Origin: Lenisia limosa | Taxonomy: Eukaryota > Protista > Breviatea | Assembly: GCA_001655205.1 (NCBI GenBank) | Contig: LPNZ01005888.1 | Coordinates: 5,635 to 69,634 of the forward strand | Reading direction: 5' to 3' | Length of the DNA: 64,000 nucleotides | Shown: piece after piece, positions 50,701 to 63,791 of the stretch | Numbering within the stretch: the stretch's first letter is position 1 | How the letters are laid out: every line of letters starts with the position of its first letter | Position numbers and translations under genes: made by a program | Notes under the pieces: model-generated | The model's database searches: none | What the model saw: the letters and a program-made list of their open reading frames with translations, nothing else | Told to the model about the DNA's origin: nothing

Positions 50701-51297
50701 CCGTCTGTCAGGAGGCCTTCAAGACCTAATTCCGTAACTCCTCCACATTCTGAACAAAAAAAAAAAAAAATAAAATAATAATAATAAAGCGACTGAGCAA
50801 ACCAGAATCAGGGGTAAATCCAGCCTTGATACGTCTGAAGAGGCACTCAAATATTGCAGCCATGGATTGGTTGGTGGGGAACTGTTTTCAGTGAATAGTT
50901 GTACTTTAGGACAGAGAAACGGGAAGGAAGACAACAGGGAGAAAGATAACATCATAAACCCTGCGAATTGATGAACAAAGATCCAGGGGTGATGAGAATT
51001 GTTTTGAAGAAGTGGAAGTACAATCGCAAACCGCGTGGAGCATTTTGACAAGAACATGGTAGGAGACAGAGGGGGAAGAGGCAGCAGCAACAAGGTACTT
51101 TGCAAGGGTGCATTCAGAGTCTGGGGTGCTGAAGAAAAAGTGATTAATGTGTTTGGGACAAAATCATAAATCTGCCACATCCTACCAAGGAAGACGGAGG
51201 AAAGATTCATCAGTGATAGTGATGGGGGAAGAACCCTAAAAATCAGTTGAAAAAGAAGTGTGGATGATACCTTTTCGTCAAGAGAAGGTTCATCCAT
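47746..51297 (-). CDS. Formin-like protein: FH1 poly-proline plus a degenerate FH2-like domain
   Basis: APPPPPPPPMGPMPAGPPGAPPAPG is followed by KFKKIHV, GLFSR and RIVAFANGDN..LYLDALPQI, which align loosely with the FH2 motifs KLKxLHW, LFS and LAxGNxMN..FxLxSLxKL. Confidence 0.5.
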
Positions 51298-51755
51298 TTT
51301 GCTTATTTCACAGGAAACTTTGAGAAAAGGCAATAGAGAGACAAAAGGTGACAACTAATCCAAGTTTACATGATACACCAAAAATCTTTGCTGTTGTCCT
51401 AAACTCTCAAGTAAGATATAAAAATATAAAATTATAAAATCAGTATTAACAAAGTTAGCGGGGTTATGGCGGGATTTGAGAGGGGCTGGGAAAAATCCTC
51501 ATTTGAAATTTCAAGATTAGATCTGGTAGATCTGCGACCTCAAAAATCACTGCTGCTGGTTTTCTGTAGTCTGGACACCCCAGTACCTGACTTCTCAGTT
51601 TCCTTCTCCTTGTTGGGGTTAGTTTCAAGGGGGATCCGCTCCTGGAAAACATACACCGCCAGTCAAAAGTCCCCCCCCCCCCTAACAGCTAACAANNNNN
51701 NNNNNNNNNNNNNNNNNNNNNNNNNNNNNNNNNNNNNNNNNNNNNNNNNNNNNNA

Positions 51756-54700
51756 AATCCAGGAGCTGCTAAACGACAAGGTCATCTTAGAAGCAAAGCT
51801 CAGACAGCTTCAAATCGACCTCAACAATGTTGGTCTTGTCAGGTAACTGGTCTCACCGTGTAGCAAAACCACATCCACCAAGCGACTATTGCACAGCTTG
51901 AGAGCCGCATCCACCAGTTCACTGCCGCCGCAGAGGAAGTTGGCGGGAGAATTTTTCACCAAATCAATCTTTTTCTGTACGGCCGTAATAATATGGTCAA
52001 TCATATCAATTGGGTAATTTTACAATTGTGAACTGGCAATATCATATGCCTCCTATCGTTCATATGATCATATTCGTGATATGGGGAAATTGATGGTGAT
52101 TTAATGGTACAGAATGCGAGGCAGAAAATTGCAACTGGTGAAAGAATACGAAAACTCGAGGTAGGAAGGGGTGTTGCAGAGAATTGGATATGGTTTTTTG
52201 GAAATACACTGGATCTGGCCTCATTAAATTATGCTTAAATTCCAAATATTGAGCCAAAGTAATATGGATTTTTATAGGAGGAGCGATTGGAGAAAGAGAC
52301 GGCACTGGAGTTTCATCGGACAATAATTTCAGAGATGAGGCAGGAAATGGAGGAAATCTCTGTAGGCAACGGTATTGAAGGCTGTCATGATATTGACAAT
52401 GGGATAAAACGATTTGACTTAACCGCGTACATCTTCATAGTTTAGCGTACAACAGCCCACAATACACAGTATCATCAGTCAGAAGTGGCTGACCTCAAGA
52501 GAGCTGTCGCTCAAGCTAATAGCGAGGTAATGTCCAACTGGATATTAAAGGTGCTGATTTTGAAACATGTTCACAAGTACATCTGCCTTCGTATCCAACA
52601 TTAAAGGCTCAAATGGCTGCTGTGACAAATAGTAACACGTCCACCCACAATCAAGTAAGTGCTCTCAACCAATGCCCTTCTCACCAACCAGTCCCTTCAC
52701 TCCGAACTTGACAGTGCTTTAAGCGAAATAACTGCGTATCAAAATCGACTCAGTACAATGTTAGCTGATGTGAGTATTCTCCTATTGTGTAATTTTCAGA
52801 AATCTACTGTGATGTCACAGCTTTCAAGTCAAAAGGAGAATAATAAGGAATTGGAAAGTCAAATCAACAAACTGAAGTGAGTATTGTTGTATGTAATATA
52901 ATAGTTAAGATCCACAATAGCTTCTCAAGACAGCATTGTAGAAGCAAGAAGGTCAGACCATTCGGCTGAACTTCAGGTAGAGGTGAATAATTGTTTCTCA
53001 TGATTTAGGCGCTCCGAACCGAGGCAATTAACCTGAGGGCTGAGCTGAGGGTTAGAATTACTCGTTGTGCTGTCCAGATATCCTTTTCACCTTTTTACAG
53101 CATTATTAACAGTTTTTAACAGGCAGCTGAACTTCAAACAACATCCATCCAGGCCCTTCAACAGCAGCATGTTGCCATATTGTCGCAATCTCAGCTGAAG
53201 AAGGATAATTCCGAAACGAATATCTCTGCTGCGGTGGAAATCAGAGTAAGAATCTTTGTTTAAACAAGCATTGTTACAATATCTCATCTGCAGAGCTTAA
53301 GGCACCAATTAGATCTGGAGAAGTCCACCAATGCCACCCAATCGAGAAATATAAAAGGTATTGGTCGATATTGTATCACGTTTTGGGTCATGTTCACACG
53401 TGTTAACTATTATTTTCCACGCAGTGATATGGTGTCTCACTGATACTCTGATACACTCGGGATGAAGTCTTGTGTTATCTCCACTCATTTAGACTTGAAA
53501 GTCGGCCATACACATCACTAGTGGAAATGAGACAACATTTTTGTTTCTTTTTTGTAGTAGTATTTGTCACACATTACTGGACCTGGTGGATAAAGGAAAA
53601 CAAATTGACGTTGAATTAATCAAATAGATTTTGAGAATTCGCTTCATGAAAGTTCCCTTCTTATCCGAAAATTGGAGTCCGAGAGAAATGATCTTGAGAG
53701 AAAAGTAAAACACTCGTCTCTTTTTATGCTTTTAGATTCGTCTTGATTTACCCGAAAAACATGCGAATGAATCGCGAGCCCTTTTGACGAAGGTAAATTA
53801 GCTAATCATTTGACGTGTCAGATCTCGGATTTGGAGTCACAACTGAGTATTCAATTAGCAGACAACAGCCAAATGAAATCTGAACTAAGAACACTGTCCA
53901 GTCGTATTGATAAACTTGGGCAAGTCAGTCTCAACTATGAGGTGTGTTTTCATTCTTAGTTTAATCCCCCACAGTCAAGGGCAAAAAAAGCTGAAGCTTC
54001 CTGTCAGGTGTTTGAAGAAAAGGTAAGAGGGCACTCAATTTATGAGACGTAATAATATGGCCTGGATTTCTAATGTTGTTTTATTCATTCAAACCAGGCC
54101 CATACTGCATCACACAACCAAGCCATGGTAGTTGAAACTCTAAGGAAGTTAGAGAAAGAAACATCAATGACCAAAAGCCAGGCATTCAGGTTTGATTCTT
54201 TCTTCTAGGTTACCTTTCGTTCTCTGACTGACTCTTCAGCACCCAACAACAAGCATTGGAGGAAGTCAGAAATGCCAGGACGAAAGTTTGTTAAAGAATG
54301 TAATCTCTAATTCTTCAGATTGAAGAGTTACAGACAGCTAAGCTCCTTGTCGAAGTTAAACTGAAGTCCAGTCAAGAGCAAAGTGGGTCCTTCTGGTGAT
54401 TTGATGTTACTCTTTAGTTGATGAACTAAGAGCGGAGGTAATGAGGTCACGTGGAGCGTCGTTAGTAGGCTGGGGGAGTGGAATTCTTCAAATTACAATT
54501 TCTCACATGAAAGGTGTACCCATCACATCACCAAGAAATCCACCAAAGGCCTCTGCCACAGTCGAAGTTTGAACCTTCGGACAGGCCACTCACATCTTCA
54601 GCTCTCAGGAACAGCTATTTGGAAGGTTATGGTATGAGGTTCCTCCCATCAATTCTGGCTTTATTATTATGCTTTACTTTTTGTAACAACTGCCAGAGGT

Positions 54701-54764
54701 TTCCAAAGAAGCCATTAGAGCCAAGATAATGGACAATGCAGATTCGGTTGAAAAGGCGTATTAG
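51756..54764 (+). CDS. Long coiled-coil hypothetical protein (start in or before the gap)
   Basis: Heptad-rich exons (IQELLNDKVILEAKLRQLQ; QKENNKELESQINKLK; LEKETSMTK) joined by GT-AG introns. Ends ..SVEKAY-TAG. Confidence 0.7.
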
Positions 54765-54911
54765 GTGTAAGGTATTAACTATTGGAATGTATTTAATGGA
54801 TTTATGAAAATCGTATCGTGGGCAAGAGATTGTGCGTTCCACTACCATACATAAAACGAAGCCATACAAAACTTATAGCGGATGTTGAAGCGGTTGTTTT
54901 GTTCTTTCATC

Positions 54912-57900
54912 TTATCTGGGACTTGAATTTGGAGACTTTTTTGGGGGCTTCTTCATTATCTTTGATTGATTCGCTTTGAGGTTGTGATCCCTTCTTCTTC
55001 ACTTGGATTCCTCCAATCTAGAGAGTAACAAGTTCTTCCAAAGCACTGTTAACATTTCATTTTTGGTAATATTATATCATATCATCGATTTTGGGTTTTA
55101 ACAATTTGAGTGATATTGAATATTGGGATTACAAAAGCCCGCAACTTTAACATGCTGAAGCGGCTCAGCCGGGGGTTGCTCCTTTTTGCTGGCAGTGGAA
55201 GTCAGTGGCTTTGAACCCAACAGTCCAGAAACTTCGATGCCATTCTCGCCCTGGATGTCAAGACAAATAAAACCCTACTTTCCTGACTTTGACTTTGTAC
55301 TCCACTGTTTCGTCAGATCCTTCCGCTTGCGTGGACAGTGACATCACCATGGCTTCTTCTCCATCCTTGGACCATTAGGATGCAATAAGAGAGATTAGGT
55401 GACTATTGTGCTTCTCCGAAATACAGTAATAGGTGAATTCTATAATCAATCTCTCTTTAAACGTGGTAGTGTGCTTTGGTCAAAATCCCTTTATTATATC
55501 TTTAATTGATACACACTATATCATATCATACATATATAATAACTATTACTACTATATCATCGAGTACTACTCTAAATCATAATACATAGATGCTCCCAAG
55601 TAATTATATCATATATGATATATATACTACTCATTGTATGTAATATCATATGCATATTGTAGAGTCAACGCTTCAAAATTAACAGGACACATTAAAATCC
55701 CAGATAGCTTGAGTTTTCCATATAAAATCACCATAAACTATCTTTCCCTTATGTTTTCGAAAGTAATTTCAAAAACGCCTACTTTATATATTGTCGGGTC
55801 AAAACCAAAGTCCCTTAGTTCTCAGTTTATGGCCCAAATACTGTCAAAAACACACAAAACCGTTTTAAAAGGCCACATTCAAGGAACAAATGGCAACTAC
55901 CCGGGAAAGTTTACCCATGTAGAATGTGCTATTATGAGCACTTTTCTCTCAAAATTCACCATTACATTGCCAAAGCAAAGGGGAACCGGAATTGGTAAAT
56001 TTTTTTTTGTTTCTTAACACTAAAAGAGGGTAAGATTTAGAAAAAAACTCGGTGAAAAGGCAAAAGGAGGACGGACCCCGGTAGACAATCTGTCCGGGAG
56101 TTTTGACGTGTCTGGTGAATTTTGAATGATGTCCGGAGCTTTGAGGACCGATGAGATGATATACTTTTATGATATCTACATCACGCCCATCAAGTGCCAG
56201 AAGATTATCTGATGCACGTTTAAAAACTTGCACCAACTCCACTCACCACAACAATGTCGTCCGGCACGGGGACCTGGACAGGTACTTTATTCTTCTCAAT
56301 TTTCGGTTCAGGAACCTCATCTTCCTCTTTTTCTTCCTTTTTAGAAGAAGGGTTCTCCTAAATCAATGAGCAAAAGCTCAACAAATATCACCAAGATAAT
56401 CACCTGGCTTTCTAAGTACGCAATAGCTTCTTTATACGATTCTGGTAGGCTTTTGTAGTAGTCGTCCAACATTGAGCCAGGAATCGGCCGAGGAATGAGC
56501 TAAATGATTAAAATCGGAACAACGATGAGCACTTTCCTCAGCCGCCAACTGTATAGTCAATGCCTTCCACCTCCTCATCACTACTCGACATGTCCCATGT
56601 GAAGTTGCCTGTTTTCGGATCCCTTCTCAGAAGATCACTGTATGAAATATAGTCTGTAATCTAAAGTATCAGGTTTCATCACAGGTTTTTACCTTCGGCA
56701 TTTCTTCAGCAGATATGACACCGTTTTCACTGACTCTCTTTTGAACCTGCAAAGTAACAATTCGGCTCAGCGGACACAAACCTGTGCTTGGTAAGCGGAT
56801 CTGACTTCACGCAGGTCATTTTTGTGCATATCATCATCATCCAAGTCAAAGTCGCCGTCTGTTGTGTCATCGCGCTTGCGTACCTGTGGGATCAAAAACT
56901 GCCTCTTCAGCTCTCTTTGACTTACCTTGAGAGGTCCTTTGAAAACGGACTTGTCTTCCACCTAAAGAGTAAACCATTTGACTTGATCTCACCTCCACTT
57001 TAGCTTTTCCTTCGACTGGTCTTTTCACCGTCTTACTCAACACTACTTCTGAAAATATTATTGATAGATTATCGTGGATTCCAATCCTATCCAAAACAAA
57101 AGCTATGGAGACAAATGAAGCAGTTTAACTTCGTAAGACAGAAACAGCACCTACCTCCTCCATCATCATCGTCAACAGCGCGGCTTCCAATAGCCTTCTT
57201 CTTTGGACTAGACAATAAGACTCTGAAACGGGTTCCTACATTGAGAAAGGTGATATACCACTTGAAACATGTGCCGCACTCCCAACAGTACCATCCTGCA
57301 GAATCAGTTTTACAATATATTGAAACTGACATCTGCATTCACTCCTTCGATATTCCATTCAAGTTTGTCTCTCTTTTCCTGGGCATTTTTTTCCTGGGCA
57401 TAGTTTTGCATCTTTTCTTCGTTTTTCTTTTCAAGAATTTTTCTTTCCTCTGCTATTCTCTGCTTCTCTTCCCTTTCCTTTCGGAGCTTCTTGAAGAAAT
57501 ACTCCGGGGTTGGGACGTATGGGTCTTCATCATCTGCAAGAATCACTCAGGGACTCAAATATATTTCATTATTAGCCCTTTCCGTTTGATAGTAAACAAT
57601 ACCCAATAGAGCAAACCAGAATCAGCCAGTTCTTCAGCACGTTGCAGTTCCTTTGTCCACAAATCCCAGTCTTCCGCTGTCAATTTATCCTTCTCGGCCG
57701 CTTCTGCTTCCTTCTTTGCTGCTCTAGATAGGATTTAGAAATCAATCCAAAGAAGAAAGGAAAACTAATGGTCAAAAAGTATGAAACCGAATCCAAAAAC
57801 CTCAAAGATTCAGCCACTGCCGCATTTTCCTCTTCAAGTGCTTCTTCCTTGTCAAGGTTCAGTACCTTGTCATCACCTGAACATGTGACAATGCAATACA

Positions 57901-58323
57901 TATATATATATATTATGTGAGTTACTCACAAAACAGACCTTCATGAACGGGATCAGCCATGTGAATTTCTTCACCAGTGAGAGGATTGACAATTTTCTGG
58001 GTCTAAAGATTAGAGAGAATCCATCTCCCAAGGGGTATCAATTCTTACCTCAGGTATTCCGCCTTCGTTCCCTTTGTAGAACTCCTGAATTTCAACCAAA
58101 TCTTCTGCTCCCTATAATTGTTAAAACAGAAATCCAAAGGTCGAAGAGTAAACAGCCAACATACTGCCTCTCCTTCAAGAGTCTTGGCAAACGATGTCAG
58201 GAGAGACTTCATCTTTTGAAGGTCTTCTTTCTCATTTCCAGAACTTTTACCAATACCAAGAGATCCAGTTACGGTTTCTCCCTTCTTTGGGGCAGTCTTC
58301 TGCTTACCACCAGAAGGCATCAT
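54912..58323 (-). CDS. Hypothetical charged/low-complexity protein with a roughly 500-nt AT-rich intron
   Basis: Exons join in frame from MMPSGGKQK through KE-rich segments to ..KKSPNSSPR-TAA. No family recognised. Confidence 0.6.
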
Positions 58324-58622
58324 TCTGTGTTTGCGAATATCAGAATATCTCTCGAAGTCGCGAACGTCGTTGCTGCTATGCGTGAAAGGCAGGTGCTGAA
58401 AGGAAGGGAACAGGAGGAAGAGGGGGGAGCTTGGTGAGCCCAGAACTGCCAGAAACCCCCCCCCCCCAGATCANNNNNNNNNNNNNNNNNNNNNNNNNNN
58501 NNNNNNNNNNNNNNNNNNNNNNNNNNNNNNNNNNTACTTTTTTTGCCATTTTTTTGCAACAAAACGCAACAAAACTCAAACAACTCCACTCCAACTCTCT
58601 CCCTTCATTGCCATTCACCTTC

Positions 58623-59625
58623 ATGTCTACTTATGATTATCCGAGACCCCAAGTCCCTTCCGCCTTTCCTGAGGTCAAGGAACTTAACCAAACTATCCGT
58701 AGAAGAATGAAAGCTCGCGTAAGAGAGGGATTATTCTCTCTTCTTGGTGTGACCCCTCTCTCAACATACCACTCTTTGTATTAACTTCTTTTGACGAAGA
58801 TATAGGGTGCTGTCGGTATCCGTTCCCTTGGAAAGGCTTTCCTTCGCATGGATGACGAAAGTTCAGACCAGCAACTCAATTTGAGGGAATTCAGCACTGC
58901 CCTTTCTGAGCTTGGACTTGCTCTTAACAGACAGGTGGGATAGCATTTTTTTTTTGGAAGCTGTCTTGTTATATGCATATTTCCCTCCTTTTCATGTCAC
59001 AGCAAATTGATGGCCTTTTCCACCACTATGACAAGGACGGGTGGGCTTACATTTATGTCACAATGGGCGATGGTGTTTCTGACCTTCCAGATCTGGCTCA
59101 ATCTCTTACAATGAGTTCCTCATTGGTCTCAGAGTAGGCGGGCAAACAACATTGTTCACAACTCATTTGATTATCGTTTTACATGGCAGGGAGACCTCAC
59201 ACAGCGTCGTCTCAATATTGTCAGAAAGGTTGGCAACCACCAAACGTTTCTTTCTGTTGAAGACTGCGACTAACGACACAGGCTTTCGAGGTTCTTGACA
59301 AGGATGGCAGCGGTGTTATCGAAATCTCTGACATCTCTTCTATTTATGACGTCTCCCGCCACCCCAAGGTACTTGATGATGTTCCTTGAGTGTTATTTTT
59401 GACCCCTTTAGGTTGTGAGCGGAGAAATGACTCATGACCAGGCTCTGGCCAAGTACCTGGCTAACTTTGAGGCTGGGCACAATGTTGACGCCAAGGTTAC
59501 ATGGACTGAATTTGCGCAGTACTACAGGTATGCTGTCTTTATGTCGGCGGGTGATTTTTATCGTTTTTAACTTCATAGAACCATTTCTTCAAACTACGAG
59601 GACACTCCCGATGGAGATGAATATG
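58623..59625 (+). CDS. CAPS: Calcyphosin-like EF-hand protein (3' end in or after the gap)
   Basis: GIRSLGKAF..MDD, LFHHYDKDGSGSISYNEFLIGLRGDL..RRLNIVRKAFEVLDKDGSGVIEISDI..YDVSRHPKV, VTWTEFAQYY. Confidence 0.88.
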
Positions 59626-59903
59626 TGGGGTGGGGNNNNNNNNNNNNNNNNNNNNNNNNNNNNNNNNNNNNNNNNNNNNNNNNNNNNNNNNNNNNNNNNN
59701 NNNNNNNNNNNNNNNNNNNNNNNNNNNNNNNNNNNNNNNNNNNNNNNNNNNNNNNNNNNNNNNNNNNNNNNNNNNNNNNNNNNNNNNNNNNNNNNNNNNN
59801 NNNNNNNNNNNNNNNNNNNNNNNNNNNNNNNNNNNNNNNNNNNNNACCCCACACCGCCGGCACTCTGTAGATCGAAATACCATTCTTGCCCTTGCCTGAA
59901 TCA

Positions 59904-62900
59904 TTAGATAAGGCATGGTCGAGACAATTGAGATATTGTTGTGCACCAAATTAACATACTTGAGTCATATAAACTGTCCATGGTTTGAGGAACTCCTTCG
60001 GGATTATTGTCAGATTCCTAGAAAGTGACCAAGGAATCAGGGAGACAGCAAAACTGATAGACTGAATATGCCCAGGAAGCCCAACCGAGTCGGAGTCGTA
60101 GTTGGGCCAGCGGCGTCGCCCAGTGCCGCAAACGACTAAAGGAAGGACGGGATGGAATCCGACTGAGTTAACAACGTCTGAAGGGGTCATTAATGCGTCA
60201 ACATGGAATCTAGCAGCAGATTTCTAGATTTATGAACACCCACCAGGAATATACGGAAGGTTGGTCTCCAACTCTTCACATGTGGCAATATCAAAAACGG
60301 TTGGTCTTCCAGACTAGAAGAGTGAAAATTTCCTTGAGTCACCCTACAATGCTGCCAGTCATAAGAGTGGTTCCAGCGGGGTTAACGTCAAAATAAAGCG
60401 GTTGATTGGTAGGCGAAAGGTGAGGCAAACGGTGGAGGATCTTCCCTGAAGGGTAAAGAAAAGAGAGAACAGAGGAATGATAATCACAGAGGTCCCTTCC
60501 CCACCCGGCCGTCTGATGTCCCAAATAAGGATGCATTTATCCTGACGAGCAGCACTCACAATGTAGCGACCACACCCCGAGAACTTGGTCTACACAGTAA
60601 AAAGGAGTTGGGAGGGCCCTTGAGCTTAGAATCATCTAACTCACCTGGACAACACCACCCTTGTGTCCCCTCAAAACCGCCCGGCAACGAAGGTCTGTAG
60701 CAGAATAGAGCGCAACCGTACCATTAAACGAACTGGAGAATGACAATCCAAAATCAGGACATACCCAACAGCAACTTGCGAGCTATCTTTTGAAACATCG
60801 ATTGAGGACAGAATGCCCCTCTGTGGTTTCAACACCCGCTTTCCTCTCTTGTCCTACACAATGACAAATATTCCACAATACAAACCTTCCATGTACGGGC
60901 CTCCAGAATACTTGGGCCAGGGCGTGAAACGTCAAAAACCCTCAGGCCTTGGAGGTAGCCGGCAAAGATACTGTGTTTGGTCAAAATATTGAGAGAATAA
61001 ATGGCACTGATACTATTGAAGGAGTTTTTAGCCAACTCACGTTCCGCCAGCAGGGGTAAAGGCCAAAGAGTAGGCTGATTGTGGTTCCTCATTATCGTCT
61101 AAAGCGGTATAGGTAGCCCGAACAGCTCCACTGTATGCATCCCTGCGAGTAAGTTTAAATAAGTGCAATGCAAACCAAAGGTGAATAGGCTGACATCTTG
61201 AAGTGGTGGCGAAGATGCAAGAAGATGGATCTATGAAATAAGACCAAGTACGTTAAAACTCACCTGTCGACTTCATAAAAGGGTACCATGCAGCAGAGTA
61301 AACGGCTTCGCTGCACTTAACCGTCAGAATGGGATCCACTTGATGAGCTGAACAGTAAGAATACAAAGCCATCTTATTTTTTCTTTGCAATAAAGTCCTT
61401 ATGAACTGTATACAAAGAAAACTCCCACAGAAAACGACATTTTAAAATGCCTTTGAGAATATTTTCATTCTTGACAATGCCAACATTATTCCAAATCCAC
61501 TTAGTTATCAATCCCGCATACGAGTTGTAGGATTCGCGAAGTCTGGCTGGCCAGATGTGTAGAGCGATGTAGGCCTAAAAAGTCAAATAAAGAATCTGGG
61601 GAACACCACAAATGCACAAAACCCGCAAACACTTCAAACATCCGAACTTTGTTGTCCTCAGCTGTCGTCAAAAGACATGTCCCATCAGGAGACCTGAATG
61701 TCACTTCTAACCCTCTCAATAAAAAAACACTTACCAAAGAACTTTTTTGAGAAATATGTTGTCAGTTATCTCCTCATTGAATACTCCAGCAGAACTTTCC
61801 GCAACCTACCAGATCAAAATAGTGGTGAATTTGGAGTTTTCAGCATAGTCGTTATTCTCATAACATTCACAGGAACAAATACCCTACCAATGAAGGCTTC
61901 TTCCAGTCATAATTCCATCCGTCAGCCTTGTAGTGTCTCACAGGTTCGGCAGCCCGTTGCTCACGCGGACGATCACTTTCCTTACGAATAGCCTAAAGAG
62001 TGAAGTGTCGTTACACTGTGCTAATAGAAGTGAAAGTATCTTGACAAAATAACAGAAATTACGGAATAATGTTAACAATGTTGCTGGAACTGTAAGCAAA
62101 GCTTTCCCACCTCCAGTTTTTTCGCCTTTTGTTCTTCAGCATCCTTTTTCATTCGTTTTGCCTCCTCTTTCTGTGCAATACTTTCTTCTCTCTTTCTTTT
62201 CAACTCCTCTTTTTCCTTCTCAANNNNNNNNNNNNNNNNNNNNNNNNNNNNNNNNNNNNNNNNNNNNNNNNNNNNNNNNNNNNNNNNNNNNTTCTTCTTC
62301 TTCCTCTCCTCTTCTGCCTTTTCTTTTTCTGCTTTTTCTTCGGGAGTTAACTCTTTCTTTTTCTTCTCTTCCTCAACCTTCAATGCTTCTTGAGCCTAAA
62401 CCACATAAATTCAATACACACAAAAATAAAAACGACAAATGACACCATAATACTGTTATAATAAATGTTTCCACAAACCGCTTCTTGCTTTGCCCTCTCC
62501 TTCTGTCGCTCCAAAGCCTGAGCCTTAATTCGGGCAACCACTGACTGTTGTGTTTCGGGCTTTACAGGAGTCTCAGTTGCTGCCGTGGCCACTTGCACAA
62601 TGCAAGGTTTAAAGCTTTGGACAAGACGCTGACGCGGCCTTGTGCTCCGCGGAGCCATCATCACCGTACCCGCTGATCGGAGTTCAGAAGCTCCTTCCTC
62701 GCGGGCTCGGTCAGCTTCGGACTTGCCATGCCATAATCCTGCTTGTATCTGTCGACCTGGATGCTGATGGAATTGGTCAGGTTTCCTCTCTTCAGGAATA
62801 TCCTGCTCATCTTTAGTTTCTTCCTCCTTCTCTTCCTTCATTTCTTCCTTCATCTCTTCTGGAGAAATGGAAAATGTTGGAGCAGGCGGCATGGCCACGG

Positions 62901-63502
62901 TTGGAGCAGGCGGCATGGCCACGGTTGGAGCAGGCGGCATGGCCACGGTTGGTGTGCTCATAATGGGGAGGTCTTCGTCATCATCAGCCATTGTAAATGT
63001 TCCAAATTGGTTTGATACTAAGATGTAAAGAATATAAGCCTTCAAAACCAAACAAACCTGGTGTAGTCTTCACTATAAGAGGCAAATCCTCTTCTTCCAT
63101 TTGAAATGAGCCTCCATTATTCTTAATACATAATTGCTGTGTTACAAGGAGTAGTTTGAAAAAAAACTAACATAAACAAGCTTACACAATAATAATGATG
63201 TAATAATGAATAGATAGAAAAGAATAGTGATAAGGAAAGAAAGTATTAAGATACGGAGTGAAGAGGGTCTATCCACCAACCACCAACCTGTTCATCATCA
63301 GAAGAATAGCTATCAGCATAGTCGTCAAACTGTGAGTCATCTGAACCACTCCTGTCACAGTCTTGGGAGTCCTCTGAGCGATCTTAGAAATTAAGAAGAC
63401 CATTGAGCAACATTTTAAATGAGAATTCAGTGAAATACTAAAACTACGAAAAAATGCAGCAGTAAGGCCAAATATCCTAAATCCCTTGTACACACCTCCC
63501 AT
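59904..63502 (-). CDS. WRAP53: WRAP53/TCAB1 WD40 protein with a long acidic, Pro-repeat and KE-rich N-terminal extension
   Basis: NIFLKKVLWSPDGTCLLT, YDFCWYP, IFAGY..LRVFDVSRPG, ARQDKCILIWDIR, TNQPLYFD and VNSVGFHPVLP. In-frame splicing links it upstream to ATG 63502. Confidence 0.85.
62879..62952 (-). repeat. Coding tandem repeat, 3 x 24 nt (PTVAMPPA)
   Basis: GGAGCAGGCGGCATGGCCACGGTT x3, exact copies. Confidence 0.97.
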
Positions 63503-63700
63503 TGTATCTTCTACGCTGTTTTACAGCACTGGGGCAGCTGATGCAATCGTCAAAGAAACTTTTTTCAGGAAAACGGAATCACTTTTACTCCTTTGTTTCT
63601 CTCTCTGTTTCTATCTCTCTACCTCTCGCTAAAAAAAAATAATTTAAACAAAAAAGGGGGATAAATTGGATAAATGAGAAAAAGATGGATGACTTGTTTG

Positions 63701-63709
63701 AAAAAAAAA
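63701..63709 (-). terminator. Pol III oligo-T terminator of tRNA-Ser
   Basis: T9 run immediately 3' of the discriminator base. Confidence 0.9.
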
Positions 63710-63791
63710 CGACAACGACGAGATTCGAACTCGCGCGGGCAAAGCCCATAAGATTAGCAATCTTACGTGATAACCACTCCACCACGTTGCC
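63710..63791 (-). tRNA. tRNA-Ser-GCT: tRNA-Ser(GCT), 82 nt, long variable arm, no intron
   Basis: Acceptor stem GGCAACG/CGTTGTC, anticodon arm TAAGA-TTGCTAA-TCTTA, variable arm GGGC-TTT-GCCC, T-loop GTTCGAAT. Confidence 0.97.

Noticed and set aside
57087-57338. ORF with CxxC..C motifs suggesting a zinc finger
   Set aside because: The Cys-rich reading spans introns, and the spliced frame has no such motif.
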